A program made the position numbers and the translations under genes. A stretch of 64,000 nt of DNA from a virus (taxonomy: Duplodnaviria > Caudoviricetes). The notes beneath the pieces are model-generated. The model worked only from the letters and a program-made list of their open reading frames with translations. It ran no database searches and had not been told where the DNA came from. The DNA is taken from positions 32,001 to 96,000 of IMG/VR virus record IMGVR_UViG_3300033121_002118; one strand, written 5' to 3'. This document shows positions 63,718 through 64,000 of the stretch, in pieces; position 1 is the stretch's first letter; every line of letters starts with the position of its first letter.

Positions 63718-64000
63718 ATGCAGGCTCGACAGTGACGAAGTAGCGCTCGAACGCCATGTCGCCCGCGCCCCTGTCCCTGCTTCGAAGCCGTAGAGGTTCC
63801 CGGACGCTCGAGCCCCCGTGCGTGAGGCGCTCGGCCGCCGACATGGGCACGGTCACCACCTCGCCTGACCTTCTCAGCGACTCGAGCGCCTGCCTGCCCA
63901 CCGGTGTCCTCGAGGTCGCCTCCTCGTCGACCTCGAACTCGTCAGGATCGACGACCACGCTAAAGACCCTGTCGAACTGCCTGGGGGCGAGCAGCCTCCT
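63704..64000 (-). CDS. 3' end of a gene running off the window
   Basis: Frame stays open to the window edge (..PRQFDRVFSVVVDPDEFEVD..). Confidence 0.55.
   Translation of the reverse strand, partial: RRLLAPRQFDRVFSVVVDPDEFEVDEEATSRTPVGRQALESLRRSGEVVTVPMSAAERLTHGGSSVREPLRLRSRDRGAGDMAFERYFVTVEPAFGAR

Noticed and set aside
1-64000. Genome-wide stop-codon reassignment (TAG or TGA), suggested by the two in-frame stops in leader genes
   Set aside because: The two stops are different codons, long core genes are uninterrupted in the standard code, and both TAG (e.g. 56462, 1746) and TGA end conserved genes at the expected positions.
1-64000. tRNA or rRNA genes
   Set aside because: Intergenic gaps are short and I recognised no cloverleaf or T-loop signature by eye; tRNAscan-SE would be decisive.

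Overview
GC-rich window from a large T4-like (myovirus, probably jumbo) phage genome. Almost all genes are on the minus strand. It holds the virion morphogenesis module: terminase large subunit, intein-containing portal, prohead protease fused to an extra domain, scaffold, major capsid, gp13/gp14/gp15-like neck and tail-completion genes, two tail sheaths, tail tube, a gp26/gp51-like hub pair, baseplate-type proteins and a Gly-rich fibre. It also holds an Mre11-Rad50 (SbcD-SbcC) fusion, primase, RuvC-like resolvase, a Nudix enzyme and about 12 free-standing homing-endonuclease-type genes. A lipoprotein with myxobacterial-type Cys-rich repeats suggests a Myxococcota host. The main unexplained structure is a family of about 29 dispersed ORFs sharing an N-terminal leader (consensus M-R/I-I-T-R-G-Q/E-L-R-R-I/L-V/I-R/K-E-E-A-x-R-L-x-E) fused to unrelated cargo domains. 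Many lie 5-7 nt behind a self-complementary TANNTA box. I infer a capsid-targeting, protease-cleaved leader that loads a variable set of internal or ejected proteins. The cargo includes GNAT-like, ART-like and small acidic proteins, and two copies have stop codons inside the leader. There is also a candidate programmed +1 frameshift in the hub/chaperone pair and a second promoter class (TANNNT). All family assignments come from motif recognition by eye; no database search was run.
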